Shown: positions 1 to 10,566, counted from the first letter of the whole stretch. The stretch: 63,584 bases of DNA, filler included, from Acidimicrobiia bacterium (GCA_041577335.1; 6 parts of 4 records of this genome joined end to end with filler, not necessarily neighbours in it), one strand, 5' to 3'. The notes: generated by a model not told the origin, from the sequence alone. Translations and numbers: made by a program.

Positions 1-749
1 TAGACCGGGTCTCCGACGACCGGATGGCCGATCGACGCGAAGTGCACTCTGATCTGGTGGGTTCGGCCCGTTTCGAGCTCGACCTCCAACAGTGTCACGC
101 CACCCAGGGCCTCGCGGAGCCGATAGTGGGTGCGCGCCGGGCGACCGTCGTTGCTGATCGCCATGCGCATCGGGGCATCAGGGTCCCGGCGAATAGGAGC
201 GTCGATGGTTCCGGTCGCCATCTCAAATGAGCCCACAACGAGCGCCAAGTAGGTGCGTTCAACGTCTCGGGCGCGGATCATGCCCGAGAGAGCCTCATAG
301 CCGGCCTGCGTGCGAGCGACGAGCATGAGCCCCGATGTGTCCCGATCGAGCCGGTGAACGATCCCCCACCGACCGGGCTGGCCCACTCCGCCGATTTCGG
401 GATACCGCGCCAACAACCCATGAACCAAGGTTCCCGTTCGGACTCCGGTCCCAGGATGCACGACAAGGCCGGGAGGTTTGGCAATGGCGAGGTACTCTGG
501 CTGCTCGGCGACCACCTCGAACGGCACGCTCTCGTCGGCGACCAGAGCCTCATCTGCCTCCGGTGGAGTGAACGAGATGGAATCGCCTTCGTGGACGGCT
601 GACCGGGGCGCCACGACCTCACCATTCAACGTTGCCTCACCGCGATCGATGAGCGCACGCGCCATCGATCGGGACAAGCCTCCCAGCGATGCCAAAGCCC
701 GATCGAAGCGAAGACCTTCCTCCTCGGGGCCTACCTCCACGACCGTCAT
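1..749 (-). CDS. rluD: RluA/RluD-family pseudouridine synthase (runs off window start)
   Basis: Manual translation from ATG 749 (ATGA overlap with lspA stop): S4-like N-terminus, KPPGLVVHPG and catalytic GIVHRLDRDTSG; absent from ORF track because no stop in window. Confidence 0.9.
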   Translation of the reverse strand, partial: MTVVEVGPEEEGLRFDRALASLGGLSRSMARALIDRGEATLNGEVVAPRSAVHEGDSISFTPPEADEALVADESVPFEVVAEQPEYLAIAKPPGLVVHPGTGVRTGTLVHGLLARYPEIGGVGQPGRWGIVHRLDRDTSGLMLVARTQAGYEALSGMIRARDVERTYLALVVGSFEMATGTIDAPIRRDPDAPMRMAISNDGRPARTHYRLREALGGVTLLEVELETGRTHQIRVHFASIGHPVVGDPV

Positions 750-1249
750 CGGTTGGCCGGCCGGGCGAACAACGCCAAGGCGACCAGCAGCGTGGCACCT
801 ACGGTGAGCGCACTGTCGGCGACGTTGAAGTTGGGGATCTCCCACAAACGCACGAAGTCCACCACGTAGCCATCGAGGAAGCCGTCGCCGTTGATGATCC
901 GATCCACGAGATTGCCGATCGCGCCGGCGGCGATCAGCGACACGGCAATGACCTCCGCTCGCCTGCCCAAGTTGCGGATCGAGAAGACAATCAACATGAC
1001 GGCGGCAACGGCGAGGATTCCGATGATTTGTCCGCCACCTTGGAACAGCGAAAACGCCGCTCCGGTGTTCTCGGCGTACTGCAAACTCAGGAACCCTTCG
1101 ATGAGGGTGATGGGTTCGCCGGGCAGAGTCTCCGCCGCCCATGATTTCGTCACCTGGTCGAGGGTGACCACCGCAGCCACGAGCCCGAGCACGAGCAGGT
1201 ATCGGCCGCGGACCTCCTCGACTGTTTCGTGTTCGGCGTGATCTGACAT
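746..1249 (-). CDS. lspA: Lipoprotein signal peptidase II
   Basis: LDQVTK, NTGAAFS, GAIGNLVDR, VVDF, FNVAD motifs; ATG 1249 chosen over 1273. Confidence 0.95.
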   Translation of the reverse strand: MSDHAEHETVEEVRGRYLLVLGLVAAVVTLDQVTKSWAAETLPGEPITLIEGFLSLQYAENTGAAFSLFQGGGQIIGILAVAAVMLIVFSIRNLGRRAEVIAVSLIAAGAIGNLVDRIINGDGFLDGYVVDFVRLWEIPNFNVADSALTVGATLLVALALFARPANR

Positions 1250-1269
1250 GAGTCGGCGGAACCTAGCAG

Positions 1270-1575
1270 TCACGACGCGATCCGCTGAGTGAGCCGGGCG
1301 ATGACCACCTCAGCCGGCAGGTCGACGAGTACTCGTTTCGACCGTGACGTTCGTCGCCGCACCTCGGTCCGAGCCTGCAGGACCTCAGACAGGAAGTCGG
1401 AGATCGCCTGATTGGCGGCATCCGCATGGGCAGGGGCCGCCACCCTGATGCGGACCGCTCCTGCGTGCATGCCTACGATTTCGGTCTGGCTCGCGCCAGG
1501 CACGGCCCATACCTTCACTTCCGTGCCCCGCGCCGACACCGACACGGCGCCTGCGATCTGTTCATCGAGTTGCAT
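1270..1575 (-). CDS. DUF167/YggU-family protein
   Basis: VKVWAVPGASQTEIVG..VRIRVAAP..AN pattern; ATG 1575 with -10-like CACAAT 6 nt upstream. Confidence 0.8.
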   Translation of the reverse strand: MQLDEQIAGAVSVSARGTEVKVWAVPGASQTEIVGMHAGAVRIRVAAPAHADAANQAISDFLSEVLQARTEVRRRTSRSKRVLVDLPAEVVIARLTQRIAS

Positions 1576-1663
1576 GCACTCATTGTGCCGCAGCCACCGA
1601 GCCACGGTGCCCGAAGCGGGCCAGCCGCGACGTTTGGCTACTATTTCGCTGCCGAGGAGGACC

Positions 1664-4600
1664 ATGAACGCCAAGAAATCCACCTTTGCCCGCGTCGAGC
1701 CGACGGTTGACTTCCCAGCGCAGGAAGAGGCGATCCTGGCACTCTGGAAGGAAATCGATGCATTTCGGACCTCCATCGAGCTGCGACCCGAAGACCGTCA
1801 GTACTCGTTCTACGACGGGCCGCCATTCGCCACCGGCTCGCCCCACTACGGCAACTTGCTGGCCGGGATCATCAAAGACATCGTTCCCCGCTACTGGACC
1901 ATGCGGGGCTACCGGGTCGAGCGGCGCTTTGGTTGGGACACGCACGGTCTCCCAGTCGAGATGGAGGTTGAGAAACAGCTGGGGATCAGTGGGCCCCGCC
2001 AGATTCAGGAGTACGGCGTCGACCGATACAACGAAGCGTGCCGGGCCGCCGTCCAGACCTCGACAGAACAGTGGGAGGAGATCACGGCCCGCATCGGGCG
2101 TTGGGTCGACTTCGACAACGACTACAAGACGCTCGACACCGATTTCATGGAGACAGTGTGGTGGGTGTTCCGTCAGCTGTGGGACAAAGGCCTGATCTAC
2201 AAAGACTTCAAGGTGTTGCCGTACTCGTGGGGCGCGACGACGCCGCTCTCGAACTTCGAGGCCAACATGGACTACCGCGACGTCGACGACCCTGCAATCA
2301 CGATGCGCCTCCAGGTCACCGAGGGCCGAGGCGCCGTGACTCCCGGAGACTGGCTGACGACGTGGACGACGACGCCATGGACGCTCCCGTCCAATCTGGC
2401 CATCGCCGTCGGAGAGGAAATCGACTACGTCGCCGTTCTTCACGATGGTGAGCGGCACTGGGTGGCCGCCAACCGCCTGGTCGATGTTTTCGGCGAGGAT
2501 TCCGAAATCGTCGCCAACGCCTCTGGGAGCGATTTGCTCGGCGTGTCATACGAGCCGCCGTTCGACTATTTCGGCGAGGAGCGAGACCGGGGCGCATTTC
2601 GCGTCATCGGCTCCGATGACGTCACCATGGAAGAGGGCACCGGGTTGGTGCATATGGCTCCCGCCTACGGAGAGGCCGACTTCGTAGCCTTGCAGGGCGC
2701 CGGTCTCGACGTTCTCGTGGACCCGGTCGACGCCGAGGCTCGCTTCACCGAGCCGGTGCATGACGTGGCGGGGATGTACGTCAAGGATGCCGACAAGGTG
2801 CTCACGACCATGATGAAGGAACGGGGGCTGATCCTCAAGCACGAACAGATCAGGCATAGCTATCCGTTCTGCTGGCGCACCGGGACGCCGCTTATCTACA
2901 AGGCGATTCCGACCTGGTTTGTCAATGTCGAGTCCTTTCGCGATCGCATGATCGAGCACAACAAGACCATTCATTGGGTGCCGACCTACGTCGGGGAGAA
3001 ACGTTTCGGAAACTGGTTGGAAAACGCCCGGGACTGGGCGATCTCTCGAAACCGATACTGGGGAAGCTGCATTCCGGTGTGGGAGTGTGACACTGGCGAT
3101 CACGCCGTGTGTATTGGATCCATCGACGAGCTCGAACAACGGTCGGGCGTTCGACTCGATGATCTCCACAAGCACCATGTCGACCCGGTCACTTTTGCAT
3201 GCCCCGAGTGCCCCGGAACGATGACCCGGGTGCCGGAAGTGCTCGACTGCTGGTTCGAATCGGGATCAATGCCGTATGCCCAGAAGCACTATCCGTTCGA
3301 GAACGCGGCAACCTTCGATCGCGGTTTCCCCGCCAACTTCATCGCCGAGGGCCTCGACCAGACCAGGGGGTGGTTCTATACCCTCGTCGTCTTGGCAACC
3401 GCACTCTTCGACAAGCCGCCGTTCGACAACTGCGTCGTCAACGGCCTCCTCTTGGCGGAGGACGGAATGAAGATGTCGAAGAGCCTGAAGAACTATCCGG
3501 ATCCGCGCCATATCTTGGACACCTACGGGGCGGACCCGCTGCGGGCGTATCTCATCAACTCACCGGCACTACGGGCAGAACCACTGCGCTTCTCCGAGGC
3601 CGGCGTCCACGAGGTGGCCCGCACCGTGTTGATTCCTCTGTGGAACGCCTTTTCATTCTTCACGACCTACGCCGAGGCCGACGGCATCACCATGGAAGAT
3701 CTCGCCAACGCTCCCCAGGTTTCCGACCGTCCCGAGCTCGATCGATGGATCCTCTCGGTCCAGCAATCGCTTTTGGCTGACATCAACCGGGAGATGGAGG
3801 GGTACTACCTCTACAACGTCGTGGGCGCCATGCTGTCATTCATCGATGACCTGACCAACTGGTACATCCGGCGTTCCCGCCGCAGGTTCTGGAGATCACG
3901 GAGTGGCGATGACGCCGACAAGCTGGCAGCGTTTGCCACGCTCTACGAGGTCCTCATCACCTTCGTCAAAGCGCTTGCCCCTGTGCTGCCGTTCGTGACC
4001 GAGCACATCTATCAAACGCTCGTCATCGCTGCTGCAGTGCCGGGCGCCCCTGCCAGCGTTCACCATTGCGATTTCCCCGAGAGCGAGAGCGAGAAGATCG
4101 ACCCGGCGCTCGAGACGGCGATGGGAGTCGTGCGCAGCGTCGTGAGCCTGGGCCACAACCTCCGCAAGCAAGAGGGAATCAAGGTCCGCCAACCCTTGGG
4201 AACCGTGACCGTGATGTCATCTGATCGGGCGACGAGGGCAGCCGTCGAGAGCCATGTCGGCATCATCGCGAACGAGCTGAACACTCGGTCGGTCGCCGTG
4301 GACGTCGACGATCACGGCATGGTGCAGGTGAGCGTGAAACCTGACTTCAGGGCATTGGGTCCACGGCTGGGGGGAGCCATGCCGGCGGTCGCCGCCGGCC
4401 TGGCATCGCTCAGCGAAGCTGAGGTCGCGGCGCTCAGTCAGGGAGATCACCTGTCGATCGAAGGCCACTCGATCGGTCGGGACGACGTGGAGTTCGTCCG
4501 AGCGGCTCGGCCAGGCATGGTGGTCGCCACCACTGGATCCGTCAGTGTCGCTCTCGACACCGCGGTAACCGAGGATCTTCTCCGCGAGGGCCAGGCTCGT

Positions 4601-4828
4601 GAGGTGATCTCGGAGATTCAACGGCTCAGGCGCGGCCAGGGCTTGGCCGTGAGCGACCGAATCATTGTTCGATGGAATGGCAATCAGGAGGTCGCTGCGG
4701 CTATCGCCGAGCATGAAGCCCTCATAAGTGATGAGGTGCTGGCCGATTCCATCGAACGTTCGGAGTCCCTGCCGCCCGTGGCAGTTGATGCGCTCGCTGG
4801 CGGTTTTGTGATCGAGCCCGCAGGCTGA
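1664..4828 (+). CDS. ileS: Isoleucyl-tRNA synthetase, type 2
   Basis: FYDGPPFATG, GWDTHGLP, WTTTPWTLP, DWAISRNRYWG, EGLDQTRGWF, KMSKS; RBS GAGGAGG before ATG 1664. Confidence 0.97.
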   Translation: MNAKKSTFARVEPTVDFPAQEEAILALWKEIDAFRTSIELRPEDRQYSFYDGPPFATGSPHYGNLLAGIIKDIVPRYWTMRGYRVERRFGWDTHGLPVEMEVEKQLGISGPRQIQEYGVDRYNEACRAAVQTSTEQWEEITARIGRWVDFDNDYKTLDTDFMETVWWVFRQLWDKGLIYKDFKVLPYSWGATTPLSNFEANMDYRDVDDPAITMRLQVTEGRGAVTPGDWLTTWTTTPWTLPSNLAIAVGEEIDYVAVLHDGERHWVAANRLVDVFGEDSEIVANASGSDLLGVSYEPPFDYFGEERDRGAFRVIGSDDVTMEEGTGLVHMAPAYGEADFVALQGAGLDVLVDPVDAEARFTEPVHDVAGMYVKDADKVLTTMMKERGLILKHEQIRHSYPFCWRTGTPLIYKAIPTWFVNVESFRDRMIEHNKTIHWVPTYVGEKRFGNWLENARDWAISRNRYWGSCIPVWECDTGDHAVCIGSIDELEQRSGVRLDDLHKHHVDPVTFACPECPGTMTRVPEVLDCWFESGSMPYAQKHYPFENAATFDRGFPANFIAEGLDQTRGWFYTLVVLATALFDKPPFDNCVVNGLLLAEDGMKMSKSLKNYPDPRHILDTYGADPLRAYLINSPALRAEPLRFSEAGVHEVARTVLIPLWNAFSFFTTYAEADGITMEDLANAPQVSDRPELDRWILSVQQSLLADINREMEGYYLYNVVGAMLSFIDDLTNWYIRRSRRRFWRSRSGDDADKLAAFATLYEVLITFVKALAPVLPFVTEHIYQTLVIAAAVPGAPASVHHCDFPESESEKIDPALETAMGVVRSVVSLGHNLRKQEGIKVRQPLGTVTVMSSDRATRAAVESHVGIIANELNTRSVAVDVDDHGMVQVSVKPDFRALGPRLGGAMPAVAAGLASLSEAEVAALSQGDHLSIEGHSIGRDDVEFVRAARPGMVVATTGSVSVALDTAVTEDLLREGQAREVISEIQRLRRGQGLAVSDRIIVRWNGNQEVAAAIAEHEALISDEVLADSIERSESLPPVAVDALAGGFVIEPAG

Positions 4829-4834
4829 GTCCGC

Positions 4835-5560
4835 TCAGTCGGTGCCTCGTTCCCAGGGGCGGCGCAGCGTCGGGACCTCCTGGGTGGGCGTGTCTTCGTA
4901 GGCAACTTCGGCGGTGTCGCGATCGGTGCCCGCCGCTCGAGTCCACGCCGTGATCGGGCCGACCGGCCCTTCGGCTTCGGTCCCGCCGGCACCCCCGTAA
5001 TCGTCATGACCATCACCTGGCGACTCGACCATCTCGGGCGGTTCGTCGAAGACGTCGGGGGTTGGTTCAGCGTCCATATCGATGACTCCGAACCGCTCAG
5101 CCGAACCTTCGATCTCCTGAGCCAGCTCCGACATTGCCTCGCTTTCTCGTCCGGCGACGATTCTCAGCCTCTCGGCCAGGTCGTGGGTGATGGACCGGAG
5201 CTCATCCAACTCGGCGAGCAAGACCGCCTTCTCGGCCGCCTGCTCTTCCGTCAGGGATGTTGCCTCATCGCGGGCCCTGGCGAGGATGGCGTCCGACTCG
5301 AACTTGGCGTTGGAGACCAATTCGTCGGCCGCCTTCTGCGCCGATACGAAAGCTCGCTTGATCGAATCGTCCGAATCCAGCCGATTGCGGAGCTGATCCT
5401 CCAGGACCGCCACTCGATCCTCGTTCTCGCGCACCCGCTGCTCGTAGTCGCGCAAGGTGACAACCACCTCGTCGAGGAACTCGTCGACTTCTCCACCGTC
5501 GTAGCCCTTGAACGCCTGACGAAAGGTCTTCTGTTGAACATCGATGGGTGTGAGCGCCAT
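4835..5560 (-). CDS. divIVA: DivIVA/Wag31 polar growth protein
   Basis: MALTPIDVQQKTF..GYD..EVDEFLD domain followed by coiled coil; end of dcw cluster. Confidence 0.93.
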   Translation of the reverse strand: MALTPIDVQQKTFRQAFKGYDGGEVDEFLDEVVVTLRDYEQRVRENEDRVAVLEDQLRNRLDSDDSIKRAFVSAQKAADELVSNAKFESDAILARARDEATSLTEEQAAEKAVLLAELDELRSITHDLAERLRIVAGRESEAMSELAQEIEGSAERFGVIDMDAEPTPDVFDEPPEMVESPGDGHDDYGGAGGTEAEGPVGPITAWTRAAGTDRDTAEVAYEDTPTQEVPTLRRPWERGTD

Positions 5561-5643
5561 GAACTGGTCCTTTGTGCCGGTGTCTTCAACGAATCCGTGA
5601 TCCGCGCTGCCGGGGCAGCTTAGTCATGCGGACGAGTGTCCTA

Positions 5644-5901
5644 TCAGCAGATGATCCGCCAGATGATCTGGAGGCCGACGATCAGGATGATGGCACTGAG
5701 GTCGATTGCGAACGTACCCGTTCGCAAGGGAGGAACGACCTTCCTGATGGGAATGAGAAGGGGGTCCATGAGCTTGCGCAGGCTTCGTTGGACCCGCGCG
5801 ACCGGGTGGTCACCTGGCACCCGAAACCATGACAGAACGATGGCTGCCACGATCAGCAGGATGTAGAGCTGAAGCAGGTAGCAGACGACCGTCAGCATCA
5901 A
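5644..5901 (-). CDS. yggT: YggT/YlmG membrane protein
   Basis: Two hydrophobic segments, LSWF..DPLLIPIRKVVPP..IDLS; between sepF and divIVA. Confidence 0.9.
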   Translation of the reverse strand: MMLTVVCYLLQLYILLIVAAIVLSWFRVPGDHPVARVQRSLRKLMDPLLIPIRKVVPPLRTGTFAIDLSAIILIVGLQIIWRIIC

Positions 5902-6455
5902 CGAACGTTGTCGTCGAGGTCGTACATGCCGAGATCCGCCAAACGTCGCTTTTCTTCACGGCCCAACGAGACACGCGGCGGGAGCACCAGGACGACGCCG
6001 TCGGAGACCTTGCGCATCGATCCGTCGAGGGCGTAGGTGAGGCCGGTAGCAAAATCCACGAGCCGCCGGACCATTTCCGGATCCGTGTCGCGGAGGTTGA
6101 GCAAGACCGCGGTACGTTCCCTGATCTTGTCCGCTAGGAGTTTGGCGTGGTCGAACCCGGTCACGGTGATGACCTCACACTGCGCATCGCTCGAAGGGAC
6201 CGGACGCACGGCCCCGGACGCCGCACCCGAGCCGCCGCCTGCGGAATCTTCGATGCCGCGTCGTGCTGTGTTGGATGGCGGCTCGACCCGACGTCCGCGC
6301 ACCCCTGACGACAGACCCGTGTCGAGCTCGGGATCGCTTCGTTCGACCCGACGCGACTGGGTAGCGTGACGAGGCTCCGATGGGGCGACGTCTTCGAGCG
6401 TCTCCTCGTCGACGAGCCCCAGGTACATCATCGATTTTTGCCACAGCGATGCCAC
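5898..6455 (-). CDS. sepF: Cell division protein SepF
   Basis: N-terminal MMYLGLVDE and C-terminal RRLVDFATGLTYALDG. Confidence 0.95.
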   Translation of the reverse strand: MASLWQKSMMYLGLVDEETLEDVAPSEPRHATQSRRVERSDPELDTGLSSGVRGRRVEPPSNTARRGIEDSAGGGSGAASGAVRPVPSSDAQCEVITVTGFDHAKLLADKIRERTAVLLNLRDTDPEMVRRLVDFATGLTYALDGSMRKVSDGVVLVLPPRVSLGREEKRRLADLGMYDLDDNVR

Positions 6456-6466
6456 AGCTGCCTCCG

Positions 6467-7132
6467 CTAGTGCTGATTTCTCGGGCCAAAGATAGCCGAA
6501 CCCACGCGTACCATCGTCGCTCCCTGCTCGATCGCGTCCTCGAAGTCATCCGACATGCCCATCGAGAGGTGCCGAACAGACGGGAAGTCGCGGACAATCT
6601 CGTCGCGCAGCATCCGCAGCGCGGCAAACCACCGTCGTGGCTCCCCGCCTTCGCCCGCTGGGGGCGGGATCGTCATGAGGCCCACAACGGGAACACCGGC
6701 GCCGATGGCGTGCTCTACTGCACGGAATGCGTCCTCGGGCTCGTAGCCATGTTTGGTTGGCTCGCCGCCGAGACGGATCTGCACGAGGGCCGAGGGACCG
6801 GCACCCCAGGCGACGGCCAGGGCGTCCCGATCGAGGCTGTGGAGCGCAACGGCCAACGGGCGAACGATCTTGACCTTGTTTCTCTGCAGAGGCCCGATGA
6901 AATGCCATTCGATGTCCGCGGGCAGCTCGGCTGCCTTGGCCTGAAGCTCTTGGGCCTTGCTCTCCCCGAATTGCCGGTGACCCGCCTCATAGGCAGCCGC
7001 CACTATTGCGGCGGGATGTCCCTTGGTCACGGCCAGCAGCTGGATGTCGTCCCCAGCTCGCCCCGACCGCTGCGCGGCCGCCTCGATTCGATCGATCGTT
7101 GCCGCAAGGCGTTGGGGGATCAGCGGGTCCAT
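6467..7132 (-). CDS. yggS: PLP homeostasis protein YggS
   Basis: LLAVTK, FGES, WHFIGPLQRNK, LSMGMSDDFE..GATMVRVGSAIFG. Confidence 0.95.
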   Translation of the reverse strand: MDPLIPQRLAATIDRIEAAAQRSGRAGDDIQLLAVTKGHPAAIVAAAYEAGHRQFGESKAQELQAKAAELPADIEWHFIGPLQRNKVKIVRPLAVALHSLDRDALAVAWGAGPSALVQIRLGGEPTKHGYEPEDAFRAVEHAIGAGVPVVGLMTIPPPAGEGGEPRRWFAALRMLRDEIVRDFPSVRHLSMGMSDDFEDAIEQGATMVRVGSAIFGPRNQH

Positions 7133-7737
7133 GTGAGTGCCGCCATCCGATGAGAAGTCCCGTCTCTGCGATGCGAGAAGTAGCCCGACTCACATCGCGT
7201 GCATAGGTCGGCGTTCCATACTTCGAGGCCTCCCAACTGGCGAGCCGCCACCGCCCGGAGGTCCAGGGAAGGAGTCCGCCACGAGGTCTGGCTATGGAAC
7301 TCGACAGGAAACTCCCGGAGCACCTCGGCACCTACCTCGAAGCAGCATGGGCCAATCGACGGCCCGATTGCCGCCCGGCGCGGCTGCATGCCGGAAGCGA
7401 CCATTTCAGCCAGTGCCGTTGCGACGACGCCGCGCTCGAGCCCCCGCCATCCAGCGTGGGCCACAGCTGCTCCGTCATCGCCTTCGATGATGACACCGAG
7501 GCAATCGGCGGTGAACACCGCGATCGGGACATCGGGCGCCGAAGTGAGCAGGCCGTCACCCTCGCCGGCGTCGCCGGGGTGAGTCACGATGACCACCCGG
7601 TCGCTGTGAACCTGGCGGACCGTGGCCCAGTTCGAGGATATGCCCAACGAGTGCGACACGGCCCGCCTGGAGCCGTGTCGCAGATCACCTTCCGAGCCGG
7701 TGGTGAAGGCTCCCCGCAGGTGGGGAGGCCTGATCAT
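7120..7737 (-). CDS. pgeF: PgeF/YfiH-family protein
   Basis: [34 protein letters not shown]. Confidence 0.92.
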   Translation of the reverse strand: MIRPPHLRGAFTTGSEGDLRHGSRRAVSHSLGISSNWATVRQVHSDRVVIVTHPGDAGEGDGLLTSAPDVPIAVFTADCLGVIIEGDDGAAVAHAGWRGLERGVVATALAEMVASGMQPRRAAIGPSIGPCCFEVGAEVLREFPVEFHSQTSWRTPSLDLRAVAARQLGGLEVWNADLCTRCESGYFSHRRDGTSHRMAALTWTR

Positions 7738-8792
7738 CCTTGGACGAAGCTGGGAATCTCGAGTTCGTCATCCCGATCCTTCGGGCTGCTCGAGAGTGTC
7801 GAGGGTGAGAACGTCCCCGAAGCAAGGCCCCTCGTTGACCCCTTGCGACCATCAAAACCGGCTGCGATCACCGTCACCCGCATGTCGTCGCCGAGCTTGT
7901 CGTCGATGATCGCCCCAAAGATGATTTCCGCATCGCCGTCGCTGTGATCCGCCACGACCGACGCCGCCTCGTTGACTTCGTAGAGCGACATCGACGAAGG
8001 CCCGGCGATGGACAGGAGCACCCCACGGGCTCCCTCCATCGAGGTCTCGAGCAGCGGGCTGGAGATGGCCTTGTTGGCTGCCTGGCTGGCCCGCTCATCC
8101 CCTGTTGACTGGCCGATGCCCATCACGGCAGTCCCGGCGTCTTGCATGACGGTTTTCACGTCGGCGAAGTCGACGTTGATGAGACCGGGGGTCGTGATGA
8201 GATCGGTGATGCCCGAAACGCCACTGCTCAAAACCTCGTCGGCCATCCGGAAGGCGTCGACTATCGGGGTCTTCGCATCAGCGATTTCCAAGAGCCGATT
8301 GTTCGGGATGACGATCAGCGTATCGACCGCATCGCGAAGATTCTGGATGCCCTGCTCAGCCTGGAGCGAGCGGCGCCGACCCTCGAATCCGAACGGGCGG
8401 GTGACGACGCCCACCGTCAACGCCCCCAGGTTGCGGGCAACATCGGCAACGACCGGCGCGCCGCCGGTTCCGGTGCCTCCACCTTCGCCGGCGGTGACGA
8501 ACACCATGTCGGCGCCCTTGAGCACCTCCTCCAGCTCTTCGCGGTGCGCTTCGGCGGCAGCCCTCCCCACCTCGGGGTTGGCTCCCGCACCGAGGCCGCG
8601 AGTGATTTCCCGACCCATGTCCAACTTGATGTCGGCGTCGGACATCAGCAGGGCCTGAGCATCGGTGTTGATGGCGATGAACTCGACGCCGCGGATCCCG
8701 GCCTCGATCATGCGGTTGACGGCATTGACGCCACCCCCACCGACGCCGATGACTTTGATGACGGCGAGATAGTTGTGTGGTGTATTCGACAT
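7734..8792 (-). CDS. ftsZ: Cell division protein FtsZ
   Basis: [24 protein letters not shown] signature; RBS AGGAG upstream of ATG 8792. Confidence 0.99.
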   Translation of the reverse strand: MSNTPHNYLAVIKVIGVGGGGVNAVNRMIEAGIRGVEFIAINTDAQALLMSDADIKLDMGREITRGLGAGANPEVGRAAAEAHREELEEVLKGADMVFVTAGEGGGTGTGGAPVVADVARNLGALTVGVVTRPFGFEGRRRSLQAEQGIQNLRDAVDTLIVIPNNRLLEIADAKTPIVDAFRMADEVLSSGVSGITDLITTPGLINVDFADVKTVMQDAGTAVMGIGQSTGDERASQAANKAISSPLLETSMEGARGVLLSIAGPSSMSLYEVNEAASVVADHSDGDAEIIFGAIIDDKLGDDMRVTVIAAGFDGRKGSTRGLASGTFSPSTLSSSPKDRDDELEIPSFVQG

Positions 8793-8865
8793 GGGTGAAA
8801 CTCCTGGAGGGCTAACGGTCACGTCGAACTTTACATGGATTTCGCGATCCGTAAAGACCCCACTT

Positions 8866-8930
8866 CCTAACGCTCTAGTTGAGCTTGAAGGTTGTCGCTT
8901 TCAAACCTTCAATCATTAGTTGAAGGTTGT
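8866..8930. promoter_or_regulatory. Candidate regulator-binding site upstream of ftsZ
   Basis: AT-rich patch with perfect inverted repeat AACCTTCAA-N7-TTGAAGGTT (8904-8928) and direct repeat TTGAAGGTTGT (8885, 8920). Confidence 0.5.
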
Positions 8931-9676
8931 GGGCCTCCTTCCAAGCGGACGGTAGGCCGTGATGGGGCAATGACATTGATGATCGCACCGGCCGGTTGAC
9001 CCTCGCCCAGCACCGCTGCCAGCGCAGCGGCCTTCTGAGGCATCTCGATCGGGCGTCCCAATCGGACCAGATACTCCCCCAGCTCAACCCACAGCTCCCC
9101 TTCCGATTCGAAGAGCAGCGCCCCCGAGACATAGGGCGGCTCCAAGGTGGCGAAGAACGACGCCGCCCCGGTCACGCGCCCATCTTCGAACGCTGCGCCG
9201 AACGGTGGCTCGGGCGCGTCGAGGCGAATCGTGGGAAGCACCGAGTCCGCATCCCGGGCCAGAGCCACTCCCGTTTCGCCGATCACGGTTCGAGCAGAGC
9301 CTGTGTCCACGACGGCAACGGGCTGATACTCGATGAGGCGGATTTCGATGGTGTCGGGGAAGAGCCGGTCTACGGTGGCATCCGCGATGAAGGGATCCGC
9401 GAGCAGTTGTTCCCGGGCTTCGTCAGCCGGCGCCAGGAGCAACGGGCGACCCAACTCGAGGCCTGCCCTGGCCAAGGCGCCGTCGACGTCGGCACGTTGT
9501 TGTCCCGAGACCTCGATGCTTGAAACCGACAACCACGGGCTCTGTAGCAGCCAGGCCAGTGCGCTGACCACCGTGACCATCGTCACGAGCCAAATCACCC
9601 GTCGCACGCCACCACGAGCACGCTCCTCGAGCACATGGCGACGTCGCTCGGCGAGGCGGGGGTCCATCGTGCTCAC
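8909..9676 (-). CDS. ftsQ: Cell division protein FtsQ/DivIB
   Basis: Basic N-terminus, single TM helix, POTRA-like region (RLFPDTIEI); directly upstream of ftsZ. Confidence 0.88.
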   Translation of the reverse strand: MSTMDPRLAERRRHVLEERARGGVRRVIWLVTMVTVVSALAWLLQSPWLSVSSIEVSGQQRADVDGALARAGLELGRPLLLAPADEAREQLLADPFIADATVDRLFPDTIEIRLIEYQPVAVVDTGSARTVIGETGVALARDADSVLPTIRLDAPEPPFGAAFEDGRVTGAASFFATLEPPYVSGALLFESEGELWVELGEYLVRLGRPIEMPQKAAALAAVLGEGQPAGAIINVIAPSRPTVRLEGGPQPSTND

Positions 9677-10566
9677 CCCTCGGCCTCGAATCCGACGAAG
9701 CGGATTTCCGGCTCCAGGCGGACGCCGGTCCGTTCGGCGACGGTTCGACGGATCAACACCATCAGGTCGTAGATGTCTTGCGCCGACGCATCAGCGTCGG
9801 CAACAAAGAAGTTGGCGTGCTTCGCCGACACAGATACGCCGCCGACCGCAGTGCCCTTGAGGCCGAGTTCGTCGATGAGCCGGCCTGCCGAATCGCCTGG
9901 TGGGTTCTTGAAGACGGATCCGGCGTTGTAGGTGCCGCCCGGCTGGTGATCGCGCCGCCACCGTGTGATCGACCGCATCGTCGCCTCCATTTCCTCGGGG
10001 TCGGCCGGCGCCGTTGCGAACACCGCTTGGGTGACGAGGTCTGCCGAGACGATGTTGGTGTGGCGATAGGACATCTCTAGGTCCCGGGGATCGGAATCCC
10101 GCCAAACTCCGGAGCTCAGGTTGCATATCTGCGCGGTCACGAGGCACTCGGCGGTGTCGTGGCCGAAGCAACCAGCGTTCATGCCGACCGCTCCGCCAAC
10201 CGTGCCGGGCACGCCCACCATCCACTCCAGCCCCCCCAATCCTGCTTTGCTCGCAGTGCGCGCCAGCACTGGCAGCGCGACCGCTGCACCGGCGGTCACC
10301 GTGCCGGCGTCGCCGATCGATACCAGATTGAAGGAGCCACCGAGACGAACGACGAGACCATCGAAGCCGGCGTCGGCGATGACGAGGTTCGACCCCTTGC
10401 CAATGACGAGGACAGGGATTGCCAAGGGGACGAGATCAGTGATGTCACCCGTCGACTCGGCATCGAACACGTAGGAGGCCGGACCACCTTTCTTGTAGGT
10501 GGTCCAGTCGTGCGTTGGGACATTGCGCTGGATCCTCCCCGCTTTCAGGAGTGAATCAAGACTCAT
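9673..10566 (-). CDS. murB: UDP-N-acetylenolpyruvoylglucosamine reductase
   Basis: GKGSNL, GVPGTVGGAVGMNAG, AGSVFKNP, KHANFF, LEPEIR. Confidence 0.96.
   Translation of the reverse strand: MSLDSLLKAGRIQRNVPTHDWTTYKKGGPASYVFDAESTGDITDLVPLAIPVLVIGKGSNLVIADAGFDGLVVRLGGSFNLVSIGDAGTVTAGAAVALPVLARTASKAGLGGLEWMVGVPGTVGGAVGMNAGCFGHDTAECLVTAQICNLSSGVWRDSDPRDLEMSYRHTNIVSADLVTQAVFATAPADPEEMEATMRSITRWRRDHQPGGTYNAGSVFKNPPGDSAGRLIDELGLKGTAVGGVSVSAKHANFFVADADASAQDIYDLMVLIRRTVAERTGVRLEPEIRFVGFEAEG

Noticed and set aside
1576..1663. T-box riboswitch upstream of ileS
   Set aside because: Only 88 bp between divergent starts and no recognisable T-box bulge or stem I
1664..4828. ileS inverted inside the dcw-lspA run as a novel rearrangement
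   Set aside because: A similar arrangement is, as I recall, present in other Actinobacteria such as Streptomyces
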